48,569 nucleotides of DNA, taken from contig JALAIB010000017.1 in the NCBI GenBank assembly GCA_023645945.1, positions 1-48,569 on the forward strand, written 5' to 3'. The position numbers and the translations under genes were made by a program. The notes beneath the pieces are model-generated. The model worked only from the letters and a program-made list of their open reading frames with translations. It did no database searches and had not been told where the DNA came from. The DNA comes from Diploschistes diacapsis. Its lineage: Eukaryota. Numbering within the stretch: position 1 is the stretch's first letter; every line of letters begins with the position of its first letter. Of this stretch, positions 1 through 13,200 are shown one piece after another.

Positions 1-33
1 GGGGATGGTGGATGGCGTGGAGGGTGTGGCCAT
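1..33 (-). CDS. Possible 5' end of a gene running off the left edge (MATPSTPSTIP...)
   Basis: ATG at 33-31 follows a C-rich leader on the minus strand, and the frame stays open to the edge. An alternative reading is the 3' end of a plus-strand gene ending in TAG at 94-96. The two cannot be distinguished here. Confidence 0.25.
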   Translation of the reverse strand, partial: MATPSTPSTIP

Positions 34-908
34 GGATTTGGGGATTTGAGGGGAGATTGGTTCAGCGGGGATGTGGAGAATGGGGTGTTGAAGTAGACCG
101 CGGGAATCTTAAAGATGTACAGAAAGCGCGTCGTTAAGCACGCGATGTCACGTGTATCTACTACTCTGATGTGCGTTATATTCTGGTAGTCTAGATATCT
201 CTTTGCCTGCGACTTGAAGAGCTCCATTTGCTAATCTATGTGGACGGGTAGTACCAGCATAACCCTGGACTGCGAACCCTGTGTCGCTGTAGTCTACTCC
301 TTACTTCTTGTCGGCATCAATCATCCAGCCACCTAAAAGTGTATGCTGCAATGGTTGGGGCGGACGAAAGCCCGATGCACCCCAGAAAAACGTCATAAAA
401 TGCAAGGAAACAATGGAAAATGAGATCATGCTGCTCAAGCTGTCAGGTAAGTGATTAAACCGGGATTGGAAATGGGGAATGGGCGTACTGTTCATTTGAC
501 GTTGAACTTACTTACTGTCCTGTAAACAACAAAAACAGGCTGAGTGTTTGCCGAGGCGAAGTTGAAGCGCAAAAAAACTGTTGGGGAAATTTCTCTTCAA
601 CCATTTCTCACCGTTGATCGCCTTAAAAGAACCCGGCGCAGAGAGCTCTGTCATTGTATTATTTTTGAAGCTGTAGCACACACACACAAAGACCCTGCTC
701 CTTCTTAACTATTTACAACTCACATCCTTTTCTTCTTCAATCTTTGCGTGATTCTATCGATTGCTAGAGAAGTGAGCTCAACCGTGTAACATCCCTGCTC
801 GGAATTCGCAGCTCAGATAACAACTGACCACAATCGCATGAGGCTGGGGACAAATCAACGTGCTCACGATCAACCCTATTCAAAATCTCCTGCAACGGCA
901 GCAACATC

Positions 909-3233
909 ATGGCGGAGTCTTTCGTCAGACTCAGGGCTCCCCCCTCCTACTATTTTCACTTTCCACCCTCGTCGGAGCCGCAAACTCTTTACCCAGCTCC
1001 GACCGACCACTCGCTTGCCCGTCCGTTCAATATCAGCCCAGAGCTCTACAATCAGCTTTTGGATGTGAAGGTACCCATAACGATTGCAACAGTCTACGCA
1101 ACAGTCATAACCCTCCTAAATACTGTTAACCGGCGTCGCGGAAACAAACCATGGGCCTTCAGCCAGACCCGCCTCTTCTTCATCCTGATGATCGCACACA
1201 ACATCCTGCTGGCCGTCTATTCTGGGTGGACGTTCATAGGTATGATGAACGCCATCAAAGAAACATGGCCGGGTTGGAAGGGCAGCGGCAGTCTGGCAGA
1301 AGCGGTGGACGCCTTTTGTAAGATTAGTGGTCCGCGAGGGTTAGGAGATGCTGCGTGGTGGAACCAGAATAACGGCTCATGGACAGTTGGGAATCCTGCG
1401 ATTAAGCTTCTGGGAGGCAAACCTGACGGGACCGATGTTGGTCGCCTTTGGAACGAGGGTTTGGCCTTTTATGGCTGGCTGTTTTACCTCTCGAAGTACT
1501 ACGAGGTCATCGATACCCTGATCATCATAGCGAAAGGAAAACGAAGCTCTTTCCTCCAGACATACCATCACGCGGGAGCAATGGTTTGCATGTGGGCAGG
1601 CATCCGTTACATGTCTCCTCCGATATGGATGTTCGTCTGCGTCAATTCGGGGATTCATGCCTTGATGGTGAGATCGTTTATTCTTGTACCTGTATATCGC
1701 TAATGCTGGCAGTACTCCTACTACACCCTATCCGCATTGGGCTTCAGGATACCAGGTCTGTTCAAAAGAACTCTGACGACAATGCAAATCACCCAATTCG
1801 TCGTCGGCTTTACCTACGCAGTTATCCACCTCTTCGTGGCGTACCGAGTCCCGGTCCATGCCCCATACGTGTTCTTCCACAACCTGTCTACTGCTTTGCC
1901 TTCTGCTACCTCATCTGTCGCAGCTGTTGCATCAACCGCAAATGTGGGAAGCTGGGTCAAAAAGGCCTTGCTGAGAGCCGTTAGCAACGAAGGCCTCTCC
2001 GAGAACGTGAGAAACAACAACGGTAACCTATTTGGGCTTGAGGGACAGAAAGCTGCTCAGATCGAGCTTGCCGACATCACAAAAGCACGGGAAGAAATTC
2101 GGTACCGCATAGAATACGCCGAGGCTAATTGCATTGATACTTCGGGTCAAGCATTCGCGATCATGCTAAATGCCTTGTATCTTTTACCTCTCACGTGAGT
2201 CCCACCCAGGATGCAATCGACTTTTCTAACTTTTTGAAGGATGCTGTTCGTCAGATTCTTCATCCGCTCGTATCTGCGCCGTGCATCCGGTACCGCTCAT
2301 CCCGCTCGCTCTCGATCATTCGGCAAGTCATCTTACGTTGCGGCTAAGAACGTCGAACGAGAAGTGTTCAAGGCAATGTCCCGGGATCGCGGTTCAGCGT
2401 ACAACTCGACATCCAATTCGGACACCGAGATTGTTTCACCGGCAGACTCGGAATTCTCAGAGGAAAAGCAGAAGCCCGAACCTGGGTTAGGAGAGGAAGC
2501 CGAGTCTATGGACGAGAAGCAAGCAGCTGTGTCCAAACCCGGAGAGCCAGCCGATTCCACGCACAAGAAGCAGGATTACCTATCCGAGCCGGAAGAGGTA
2601 GCCGACTCAATCAGCAAGAAAGTAGGCCATAAAGCTAGCGAAGCGAAGAAAATCACCCAGGAGCGAGCACAGCACGTTAGAAGGGAAATCAGCGAATCAA
2701 TAGACAAGCTAGAGAATTTTGATGATCTGAGCGAGGAGGCGAAAGAGATTGTCGCCCGAGTGACACAGAGCTCAAAAGAGGGTGCAGCTAACCTAGCAAA
2801 CTTGACAGAAGAGAAGGCGCAGAAGGTGGTGCAGGAGCTTAGGGAGGCGGCATCAAGTATCATCACCCAGAAGTCCGATAACAAAGAGTCGAAGCCAGAA
2901 GCTAAATCTTGGGCGCAAGTGGCGAGTAAAGACGACTCGAAAGACGACTCGAAACCCGTCAAAGACGAAGATGGCGAGCTGGCTGCCGAGAAGGCTAAGA
3001 AGAAAAAGAAGAACGGGTCGAAAGAAGCAAAGAAAGACCAAGAAACCGCCGAAGTAGAGTCCAGCAGCAGCACGGACGCCATCGAGGGTGAACAGGTTGA
3101 AGAAATCACCACGGAGCGCACCGAAGAAAGCGCAGCCTCTGCCTACGAAGCGACCATCGACGAGATTACAACGGCCGAGGAGAAGCAGGAGGAGGCGAAA
3201 ATGCAGCCCGATGCCGTCAACCAATCGAAGTAG
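909..3233 (+). CDS. GNS1/SUR4 (ELO) family fatty-acid elongase-like membrane protein with a long charged C-terminal tail
   Basis: ELO motifs are present: FYLSKYYEVIDT, FLQTYHH (His box), NSGIHALMYSYY and TTMQITQF. Three ORFs join in frame through introns 1668-1712 (GTGAGA..GCTAAT..CAG) and 2195-2239 (GTGAGT..CTAAC..AAG). Confidence 0.9.
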
Positions 3234-3857
3234 TAGTGGCCAGCTTGAGCGGACTACGGCACGAGTGGCCTTCTCTGCCTACTGATTGATTCTCCAACAT
3301 CGAATGTCCGTCGATCATTAGCGCGTGGGCGCTGCAGGGCGCCGGAGGCATGTTTTCAAGCGAAGGCGTTGTGCTGAGGGAGGGGAGGCTAGGAAATTTA
3401 TCGGGACACGTTTGCTCAAACTTGCACCCATTGACGCGAGTCGGACCTCTGAAGGAGGCGATATGACTAGCTTGCTTCATTGCTACATCTGGGAGGTAGA
3501 GTTAGAATAGATGCTCGACACCCAGCCGCAAGGAGCTATAATATGCAGTGGAGCGCTGAGCATGCGCAATGCGTTTGTAGTTTCCCGCTAAGATTCGGCC
3601 CTTTCCAGCAGACCCTCTGAAAAGCGCTTTCTAGTATTAAGATATAAGTGCCATTCGGTTATAGGGGCGCACGATATAACAACATGCATACAGTACGCTC
3701 TATATTTCATGGTGCCACTTTTCCCTGATGTAATTCCTAGCGCTACAGAGGTAGGCGCGCTAACCACTTGTGGGAGATTTCCCTCCCCTATCCAAGACCT
3801 TCTTTGAACTCGTTTTCGGGGAGGGCGTCTGGGTGCAGTCTAGTATGTAGTGTTTCG

Positions 3858-4979
3858 TTATGGAGTGTTGTGATCTTTCGAGTTCTCAAGCGATGACCTC
3901 GACAGGGAAAGGACGGGTATTATTTTACCTCGAACGTACCGCTTTCCACGGCTTGCCCCTATCCAATATAGCAGTGGGACAAACTCATATAAACGCATTA
4001 AACTATCACATGGAATGTGACAAGCATTGCCACGGGCACGGGTCACATGGGTGATAATTGCCTGTCCTACTTCAGCAGCAGTAGCCAGCCTACCAATCGA
4101 CATGCAAGCGACCCCTTTTTGGTCAGTTCAGTTCAGTCTTAACATATTTTGGAAGGACGGGGGCGCACCAACAACCTATAACGAAAACACCAGCAATGGC
4201 AACTTTCCGACTAGGCTTGAGATTATGTTTCCATATGGGCGGTAACGGTATGATCAAATAGCGAGATCGATGATTACGCTCGAAACAGCGCTTGATACGA
4301 AACTATCGAATTGGCCGGAACAGGTTCCTTGAACGTTAAAGAGCCAAGATTTCTGAACGAGGTGACATTGAAATAAACACACTAATATGCAAATATAGTC
4401 CTGCGCTTCGCTTAGGAATGACATGTAGGATTGAAGCAACAGGCCACGCAAGAGTGGTCACGAAAACTGTATAATAACTCTATTTCCAGGGACCTGCTTG
4501 GATATGATGGGATTCGAACATTTTTCCATAAAACCAATGCCGAGAGTTTTGAGAAGGATATACTAAGATCGAATAGAATATCTCCGCCAAAAAGTGACTT
4601 TAATAGATAGGTAATCTGAGCATCTGTAAGCTCTGTGACAGGCTTCCTTAACCCGGTGTTGACGCCATTGAAAGCTAAGCCGATAATAGCAGTGGTGAAA
4701 AGCTTTAGTTGCTCGACCGTTGGCTCAATTTTGACGAATTGCCCCTGGCAGCATATGAGAGCTCACCAAGGCGCAAAAGGCAAGCCAGTCATCTAGGATA
4801 TTTTCAATTCAGAATTATGTTTGAGAACGAGCGATCTCGCAATACCCTAAGGACACTCCAGGAGAAACCAGGCACGACCAGAATCGCAGGTCAAGGGACA
4901 GTGTCGAAAGAACGAGCAGCACGATCGAAGAGCCAACCAATCCCGGAATTGAATGGTTGAGACCAGAAGGCGACGACAT
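3858..4979 (-). pseudogene. PTH11-like (fungal rhodopsin-domain) integral membrane protein, disrupted
   Basis: Reading across frames gives MSSPSG..LSLDLRFWS, DDWLAFCAL followed by a GTGAG donor, GLRKPVTELTDAQITYLLKSLFGGDILFDLSISFSKLSAL, FQCHLVQKSW..GTC..SVIIDLAI, LPPIWKHNLKPSRKVAIAGVF, SIGRL and EFVPLLYW. It carries in-frame stops, frameshifts and a 43-nt insertion. Confidence 0.8.
4373..4419 (-). mobile_element. Short insertion matching the terminus of the element at about 48400
   Basis: The reverse complement ATTCCTAAGCGAAGCGCAGGACTATATTTGCATATTAGTGTGTTTAT matches 48404-48450 at 45/47 nt. Removing 4374-4416 restores the host frame WPVASILHVI-FQCH. Confidence 0.75.
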
Positions 4980-5351
4980 GTTGCCCCTCTTTCTTGCACC
5001 CGAAGGCGTCCTTCTTGACTTATACTAGATGGCAATACGGCTTGAAGATACATGGCAGAGCTTCCCCTGGTGCTCACGAAGAAAAGCGTAGAGAGAAGAC
5101 ACAGGTCCTGAGAGAAACAAAGAAGTGGCCAAAAACACTCACTAGATGATGATTCGGAGAGGTCACCTTATTTATCTCTTCTCTTAGAGTTATGTGGCGC
5201 ATTTCACCAATCAATAACAATTGGGTGTTTGAATGCACAACCAACCAAATAACGGGAATAGCCAGATGAGTGCTTGCCGATGCTACAAAGCCCGATCCAC
5301 AGAAAGTGTGACAACTCCAGCTGTTGAAGATTATACACTTTAACGAAAACA

Positions 5352-7150
5352 ATGATCAAACCTTTGGATCTGGCAATTGCAGGCGCCGGTCAGACTCCCT
5401 TGATTCGTGCTTTGAGGCTATTCTTATTGATTCTTCCACTTATAGGGTCTAAATGGCCTCATTGTAGTCTAGCTAAGACGTCCCTTGCAATCTACCCGTC
5501 GCTTCGCTTGTCATCTTTGAAGATGCTCCAAGTATTGGCGGTGTCTGGGCAAAGGAGCGGCTCTACCCTGGTCTCAAAAAAACCAACAATCTTTAGAGCA
5601 CTTTTGAGCTTAGCGACTTCCCTATGACCAAATTTGGGGCCAAGGAGGCCACAAAAGTAGTCAATGAGTATCCCAAGGACTTTGCGGACCACTTTAATTT
5701 CACCAAACATATCTCCCTCAGCACGAATGCTACCCGCGTCAGTTTCCAACGCGCAAAGGGATGGTTGCTCACGCTTTATGACTCGGCTGGGTATCGCGAT
5801 GTGCAAGTCGCGCGATTAGTGGTGGCAAGTGCTCTCGAGTCTCAACCTGCGATGCCCCATATCCCAGGCATGGGAAGAATCCAACAGACCCCGCTTTCAT
5901 ACAAAGGAATTGACAATGCGTTCGAAGGAACTTGACTGTACAGGTGTCGTGGCGGTCCTGGGAGAGTCAAAGTCAGCTGCAGATGTTGCCAATTTCTATG
6001 CCGGTCGAGGCATCAAAGTGCATTGGATCATTCGAAAAATAAGGATCTGGACCAGCGTGGACTACATCGACACGGCTTACAGGGTTCAATATTCGACTGG
6101 ATAAGCTTATAGCCGTGCGCTTTCTTTCGGTCTTCAGTCCATGCATTTGGGCTGTCGATGGGCACACTACAGTTCGAAACTTCCTGCATTGCATGTGGCT
6201 TGGGAGGAAGATCGTGCAAAGGTTCTTCTCAGACATGGAAAGGTTGTATGCGATATACTAGGCTCTCGAAGCCATCCCGAGACACAGAAGCTTCAACCAT
6301 GAACGCCCATCTCCTGGTACGGAACAGATGTGGCCGTCAACAACTATGAGGAGGATATAATGGCCCAGATTAGAAATGGCCAAATCGAGACTCATATTGC
6401 CGATATTGACCACTTTGTGACTGGGAAGGTACACTTGTCTGCTGGAAGCATTACCAAAGCCGATGTTTTCCTATGTGCGACTGGACGGAAATTCAAACCC
6501 AGAATGTCGTCCGCGGGAGTCTCGGAGGATGAGCTAGGCCTTCCCTCTAACGAAGTTTCGGCCACGGGTATGGAACAGAAAGCGGACGAGGGGATTTACA
6601 CAAGATATCCCATGCTCCAGAGTCCACCCGAAGGTAATCCCAACAATCACGAGCTGAATGGTATTCCCACTCAACCAGCACAGCCCTTACAGACTATACC
6701 GGTTTATGGTGCCCCAAAGCTTGCTAACCATGCACAGCATTGCTTGTACAGGAGCCTTGCATAATGCGATGATCTGCTTAACGGCACAAGCACAGGCAAT
6801 TTGGATCACTGCTTTTTTCGACGACAGGTTGGACAATTTGCATCTTCCAAACAACAGCGATGAGCTACGTCAGAAACTAAGATGTGCAGAGTAGGAAACC
6901 TTTCTACATACTCAATTTTCCAAGCGTCGTAGTCCTTTTGGAATGACAGCTCGTCATCCAGCCTTCTCGGCAGATTCACTTGCGTACGTGGATCTCCTGC
7001 TTGAAGGATCTCGGCCCTGAACTTTCGGTGAAAAAGAAGTTGGTTCCATCAGTTGTTTTCCACCAGTTGTTCCAAGCCCACACTTCGAGTTGGTTATGTG
7101 GGGCTGGGAGACGAATGGTTGCACGAGAGGAAAGAAGCGTGAGAAAGCGA
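5352..7150 (+). pseudogene. Flavin-containing monooxygenase (FMO-like), disrupted
   Basis: Recognisable segments: LAIAGAG plus an intron (about 5389-5445), FEDAPSIGGVWAKERLYPGLK.TNNL*STFELSDFPM, VAVLGESKSAADVA, VHWIIR, ADVFLCATG, PYRLYRFMVP and AQAQAIWITAFF. Multiple frameshifts and stops. Confidence 0.85.
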
Positions 7151-7280
7151 AGAGTTTCTCTGCATTGCATCGAATCGCCTTGTAAACCTCTAGCGCTTTC
7201 AGATCTGAACTGTCGTATAATCGCTGCTTTTGAAGTATATTCTTGCGGTCTCACCCAAAGTGCAGTCTAAGCCGTCTGTC

Positions 7281-8980
7281 ATGGAGCACAAATTGATACC
7301 CAAGCTCGTAAGGAACCGCGTTGCAGTCATCGGCCTGGGTCAGACTTTGCTTTGCATTCAACGGTTAGTCTCGTTGGTCTTGATGTTCCTTCCTTACTGA
7401 CATGCTGCAGGCCTTGATGGAGTCACGATGGTGGAAGATCTAGTCGAGCAAGGATTCGATACCGTTGGGTTCGAGCGGAACGAATACATTGGCGGCTTAT
7501 GGAGGTATTCTACAGATACGAACCAGATGACAGTTCTCAAGAGTAAATCTCTCCAACAGATGCCTCCTGTAAGGCATATAGTTAGTATGCTCTCGAGGCA
7601 CACTAGAAGGAACATCTCAAAACAACAGGTAAACCATGGTCCCTCGTCTCTCTTAACGACACCACGTCTTAATATGTTACAGAACGCTTACCCTGGTTTC
7701 CGTTTCCGGATGTTATGTTCGTCACCAATCTGGCCCCCAACGTGCTCAATCCGTATATCATACTGTCTTCACCTGAATCTCCTCTCCAAACCCTTGTAAT
7801 GTGCAGTATTCTGTTTGCTTACGGCCTTCGCTTATTATAACAGATGTGCCTGATTATCCCTCCGGCGAGGAGGTAGCTGCGTACTCGGATTTCTATGCTG
7901 CTCACTTCAATCTAGCGCCGCACTTCCGGCTTAGAACGACTATTAATCGCCTAGACCGCTGGGCAGACGGTTATCATTGGACTTTGGGTCTCTCAAAGCC
8001 GGCTCAAAACCGTAGTTAGAGCTCTTTGGTCGTGTCGTTGTGACAACTGGCGCCCAATCCAAAGCGTATATTCCTATATATTCCTGATATCGAAGGAAGT
8101 CCGAATTTCAGGGGCCGATTACTTCATGCGCCAATGTTCAAGGAGCAGGTACCAAGCTCTTGATTATGCTTGCTGTTCGATTTCTAATAATGAAACTTAG
8201 CTATCCGTGATAGTCCGACTGAGTTTGCTGGCAAGCATGTTGTCGCTGCTGGAATATCCCATACTAGCTGGGATATCTCGTAGATCTTACTGGCATAGCA
8301 GAAAAAGTGTACTTGTCACATCGTGCAGGGACGGGCATTGGTAGTATTCATTAACGTCTTGAATCTTCCCCAACCGAGTCTATTTATCTACAGTGGCCAC
8401 GCTACAGTCCCGGTGGCATCCCTCTAGACCATCGAGGTAGCCGGCGAATGATCTCTATTGGGTTACGGCTAAACAGTTTGGTCCCTATCTGTACTGGAAA
8501 GGTGGCTGAGAAGGTCGTCGAAAGAGAAATGCGTGCTGCTGCCGGAGGTGCGCTACGCCGAGAATGGAAGCTTCTACCTGCACCGTCTATCCGAAGTGTC
8601 GCACCAATTGTCAATGATCATATCCTGGAATACTTCACCAACGGATCCGTGGAACCAGTCGCGGGTTTGAGGACTTCTCTACCCTCGACAACCCCAGGTC
8701 GAAGTGCATCATCTATTAAGCTTGCAGATGACGGTACATTGGATAACATAGATGCTGTGATCTTTGCAATTAGTTATCACTCAGGATATGAGATTCTTGG
8801 ATCAGCAGTGGATCCAACTGCGTTCGCTGCACTAGAGTGGAATGATGGACCGTACGCTAACGGAATTGCATTTCCGCATCTTTACCAAGGACTGTTCAGC
8901 ATCGTTCATCCGCAAAAATTGGCTTTTATTGGACCTTGTCGTGGACATTCTGTGGCGGCTTTCAACGCCTTAGACAACAA
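7281..8980 (+). pseudogene. Second FMO (dimethylaniline monooxygenase-like), disrupted and 3'-truncated
   Basis: Recognisable segments: RVAVIGLG, GFERNEYIGGLWRY, DVPDYPS, the FMO fingerprint FRGRLLHAPMF, KVYLSHR, IDAVIFAISY and LYQGLFS..LAFIG. It has frameshifts, a small tandem duplication near 8066-8085, and similarity is lost after about 8975. Confidence 0.85.
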
Positions 8981-10247
8981 CATCTTTGCTCGGTTCTGCT
9001 TATCGAAAATCGACTCATTGAAATTGGTTCTCTTTTCAAGTGCTATACCATTTATCTAGGTTTCTTGAAATAAGCAACCTTTGACCCCCTTTTTTGTACG
9101 TATATTGATCTTATAGATTGGTCTTATCAGGCCATCATCCATTGAATCTTCAAGATGGAACATCCGATAGGGCGATCACGTCCTATATCATCTGAGTGAG
9201 AAATACTAAATTTGCTGCTTTAACTTACATAGATAGCTGGAGGAAAAATCCTGTGAAGCATCTTTACAGAGCTACTTCGGGTCCCGTACCAGAAGCGCGG
9301 CTTTGGATTACGAATTTACGACTTAATATTGTGGTCTCGCTTGTGTATATCCAGTGTAGTTTCAATACTGGCACAATGCAGTATTGTTGGTCTCTTGGCT
9401 ATGTGGCTTAGCAGTACTAAACTGGCGCTTTATATCACACCTCTGGATGGGTGGATGGGATGAGGAGGCAGCCACGAAACCTACTATTATCGAGTTTTTC
9501 AGCTTCCAATTTCGCCGCGGAACATGAAGGGCGAGCTCACCCAAGACATAGCATCAAACCTGGATGGCCACGCGAAAAGACCCAGTCGGTCACAGTTTGC
9601 TGAGAACTCCGGTTGGTGGGTTTGCCATATAAGCCATATCAACGCCTTCGGCGAATTGACAAACATGCCGTTACAACAGGTTTCCGGCAGAATGAGTTGC
9701 TTCCAGTTTTCAGGACCGACTAAGAAGTCGCAAGGAATAGCCATGAATCTGGTTGTTGGCTTTAACTGTCAAAACGACGGTCTTAGCTTGATTGGTAAAC
9801 CTGATCGCAACGCTGACCAGGGGCGGAGAGTAGTATGATACTCGGGGATCATCATCTTGGTTTGGGTAGGAGAGGGTGTGGAATGTTGTTAGCTGGTTGG
9901 TAGGCTCGGTAACGAGTTCGCCAGATTTTAGCTTGGATGATCTGATATGCACAGTGCCTCTTGTGGCTTGAATCTACAATCACTAACCCTGCACATGGGC
10001 TATTATACGAAATAAGATGCAGAGGAGGCGGCGCCTTGTCTATGCTATGATTCGGTTGATATCAAGGACATATAACTGACTGCCTACCAGTAAGTTTGGC
10101 GAGGTCCTGGTCAAGCTTTACTATGGCAACTCTGCCTTTACTGATGACCTCTATATCTAATACTGTCGCAGGCTGCCGATGTTTATCAATTGCCAGGAGT
10201 TACTTTCTTGTCCAAGCGTTTACACTAAATTGAGAAACAAAGAGGAT

Positions 10248-13200
10248 ATGGATCCTGCAGATGTCACAGAAAACAGAGCCTACCCGCAACACTCTTTAAA
10301 ATCGAAACAGTCGGGGGAATACCCTCTGGGATGCTCTCGGGCATGGTCAACTTGGGCCTATTGCCGTTGTTGGTTTGGGTGAGCAAGGTCGAACTCTATT
10401 TCGCTAACTGCTGGCATGTCAATAAGCTGCTGCCTTCCAGGAGATGTTTCCTCTGCCGCTGAACTTTGTGAGTTCTTGAGAAATTGAGGGAATAGCTGTG
10501 GCCAGATCCCAAAATCGCGCTTTAACATAGATGCTTTTCACAATTCTGAGCCAGGTCGTCCTGGTAGCCTTACAATTCAAAAAGGGCTATTTATTGACCG
10601 GGATAACCATCAATTTGACAATGCATTCTTTGGGATCAACAAGCTTGAAGCTACGCATATGGATCCCCAGCAAAGACTTCTTCTTGAAGTGACATATAAA
10701 TGTTTCGAGAGTGCCGATATTAAACTAGATGATATCTCGGGAACAACAGTTGCTTGGTTTGTCGGTAACTTCTCTATCGACTGTTTAGTTATGCAGGCAG
10801 GAATTGGGAATATTTTTGTCGATATACTGCAACGGGTTCTAGGGTCACCATACCCCCGAATAGTATCAGCAATATTTCCGACCTAAAGGGACCCTCGGTG
10901 ACACTGGATACTGCTTGTTCTTCTCTATATGGTCTACATTTTGCGTGCCGAGCTCTGGCCCAAGGAGGCTGTCGCTGAGCGATTGTAGCAGCGGCAAATC
11001 TTTTGCGAGGCCCTGAGCAATTTATGACTACAGCTGCAGCTGGTGTGCTTTCCACAACTTTGACATGTCATGTGTTTGGGGCAAACGCGGATGGTTATGG
11101 TAGAGCCGATGCTATTGAAGCGTTGTATTTAAAAACACTTTCAGATGCCCTTCGAGGTAACGACCCTATTCGACCTGTTATACGTGGAATGATAATTAAT
11201 GCAAACGGTCGAACTCCGGGTATCACGTTACCTTCATCTCTTGGCCAGGAAGCAGTTATCGCGCAAGCCTGTGGGTCTTCTGGTCTTGATCAGTTAGGCA
11301 CATGGTATATCGAATGCCACGGGACAGGAACGCCGGTTGGCGTGACCCTATCGAGGTTGCTGCTGCTACAAACTTCTTTAGAAAGCCTTCCTCGACTTGT
11401 GCTGGCTGCAATCCAATACATATAGGTTCAGTCAAATCCAACTTTGGGCACAGCGAAACTGCAAGTGGAATCACAAGCGTCATGAAGAAAACTTCTAGCG
11501 TTAGAGCATCTGGAAATTCCGCCAACTGGTGGAATCGAGCGACTGAATCCGGAATCCCCTGGAAACAATACAATGTTGAGGTAGTCCGCTCTCTGATTCC
11601 CTGAGCCGTTTCACCTGGATCCCAGAATCCAACAGCCAGCGCCAACTCTTTTGGATATGGCGGAGCAAATTCTCATGGCATCCTCCAGCGAGCTTAGTCT
11701 TGGACAAAACTCGGTTGTAACGCTTTGTTAGATTTCTCATCTCGCCCAGCCATTATCATGCCGATATCAGCAAAAAGTGAAACGGCGGTGAAAGCTCGCA
11801 TTGAAGTTCTGCGTCGATGAACCTACAACAGATCGATCTATCTGACTTGGCATATTCTCTCTCTAAGTGAAGGACTTCCTTCGATTGGCGAGAGTTCTTG
11901 GTTGTTGGGGAAGACAGCGTATTAGCAAACATTAGTGCAGAAGCTCTCAAATCTACGATACGTCAAAGCCATGCCAGCGGACTACCATTCGCTTTCATAT
12001 TCATCGGATAAGGTGCTCAATGGCCTCAAATGGGCGAAGAGCTCATCGAACGCTACCCAACGTTTCGCAGCAGCATTGCAAACCTCGAACAATCCCTAGC
12101 CCAGTTGGCTAAGTCTCCTACATGGCTTTTAAGCGAGGTTATCTTAGCACCTCCGGCTCAAGCAGTATACAAGAACCTCTGGTATCGCAGACTGCATGTA
12201 CGGCAATTTAAATTGCGCTCGTTGACCTCCTTAGCTCATGGGATGTTGTGCCTTCACTTGTCGTGGCTCATTCCTCGGGGAGATAGCTGCCGCCTGGGTA
12301 GCTCACCATTTGTCTCCATTTACTGCCATTGCAGTATCTTTTCTTCGAGAGCAAATGGTGAGTACAGGGTCTTCAAACGGAGCCGTGATGCAGGCGGGTT
12401 GAACAGGAAAGAAGCTCAGAAACAAATTCATGCTCAAGACTCTTCCCAACGATCTCTGTCGCTTGTATCAACTCGCCTGAGAGCTTTAAATTGGGTGCAG
12501 ATGCTGAAACGATTTGAGACACTTCCAGAAAAACTGCAACAAGAGGGTATATTTGCTCGCAAGTTGAAGGCTAGCGGAAAGGCGTACCATTCCCACCGCA
12601 TGAAGCGATTTGGAGGTCAATATCACAGCTCTCTTCATTGCTTCATACAGGTGCGAATCATGACCAAGAGCACAATGGCAGATTTCCAGATGCAAGCCGA
12701 CGACTCCCGTTGATGATCTCTTCCGTCTATGGCAAACCTATGTCGCCAGAGGTTACACGTCATTCATCTTACTAGAAAGCCAATCTTGAGTCTACTGTCA
12801 AATTCAGCAACGCCATTGGACCTGGCTTAAAGGAACAAGACTTTCAGTTCATCGAAATTGGGCCTCATTCCACCTTGGAGATGCCTGTAAAACAGACAAG
12901 ATCGCATATTCAGAAAGAGGATATGCCCTACGTTTCAGCATTGTATGGGGATAAAGATTCAGAAAAGCGTGTTTTGTCGCTTATGGGTAATCTATGGACA
13001 ATGGGTTATGGGTGTCGATTACGGAAAGATCAATGATATCGTTATAGATGGTTCATCCGAAGCCTGCCTGGTGTTGACGGACTTGCCTAACTATCGATGG
13101 GACCATTCAGGCACATTATGGAAGGAACCTCGGGCAAGCTATGAATTTCGCCAGTGAAGCTACCCCAGCGATGATCTCGTAGGATCGATAATTCCGGAAT

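Noticed and set aside
4500..4525. GTTCGAATCCC (tRNA T-loop/B-box-like) on the minus strand
   Set aside because: No T-stem pairing or cloverleaf. It lies in the PTH11-like reading frame (MFESH).
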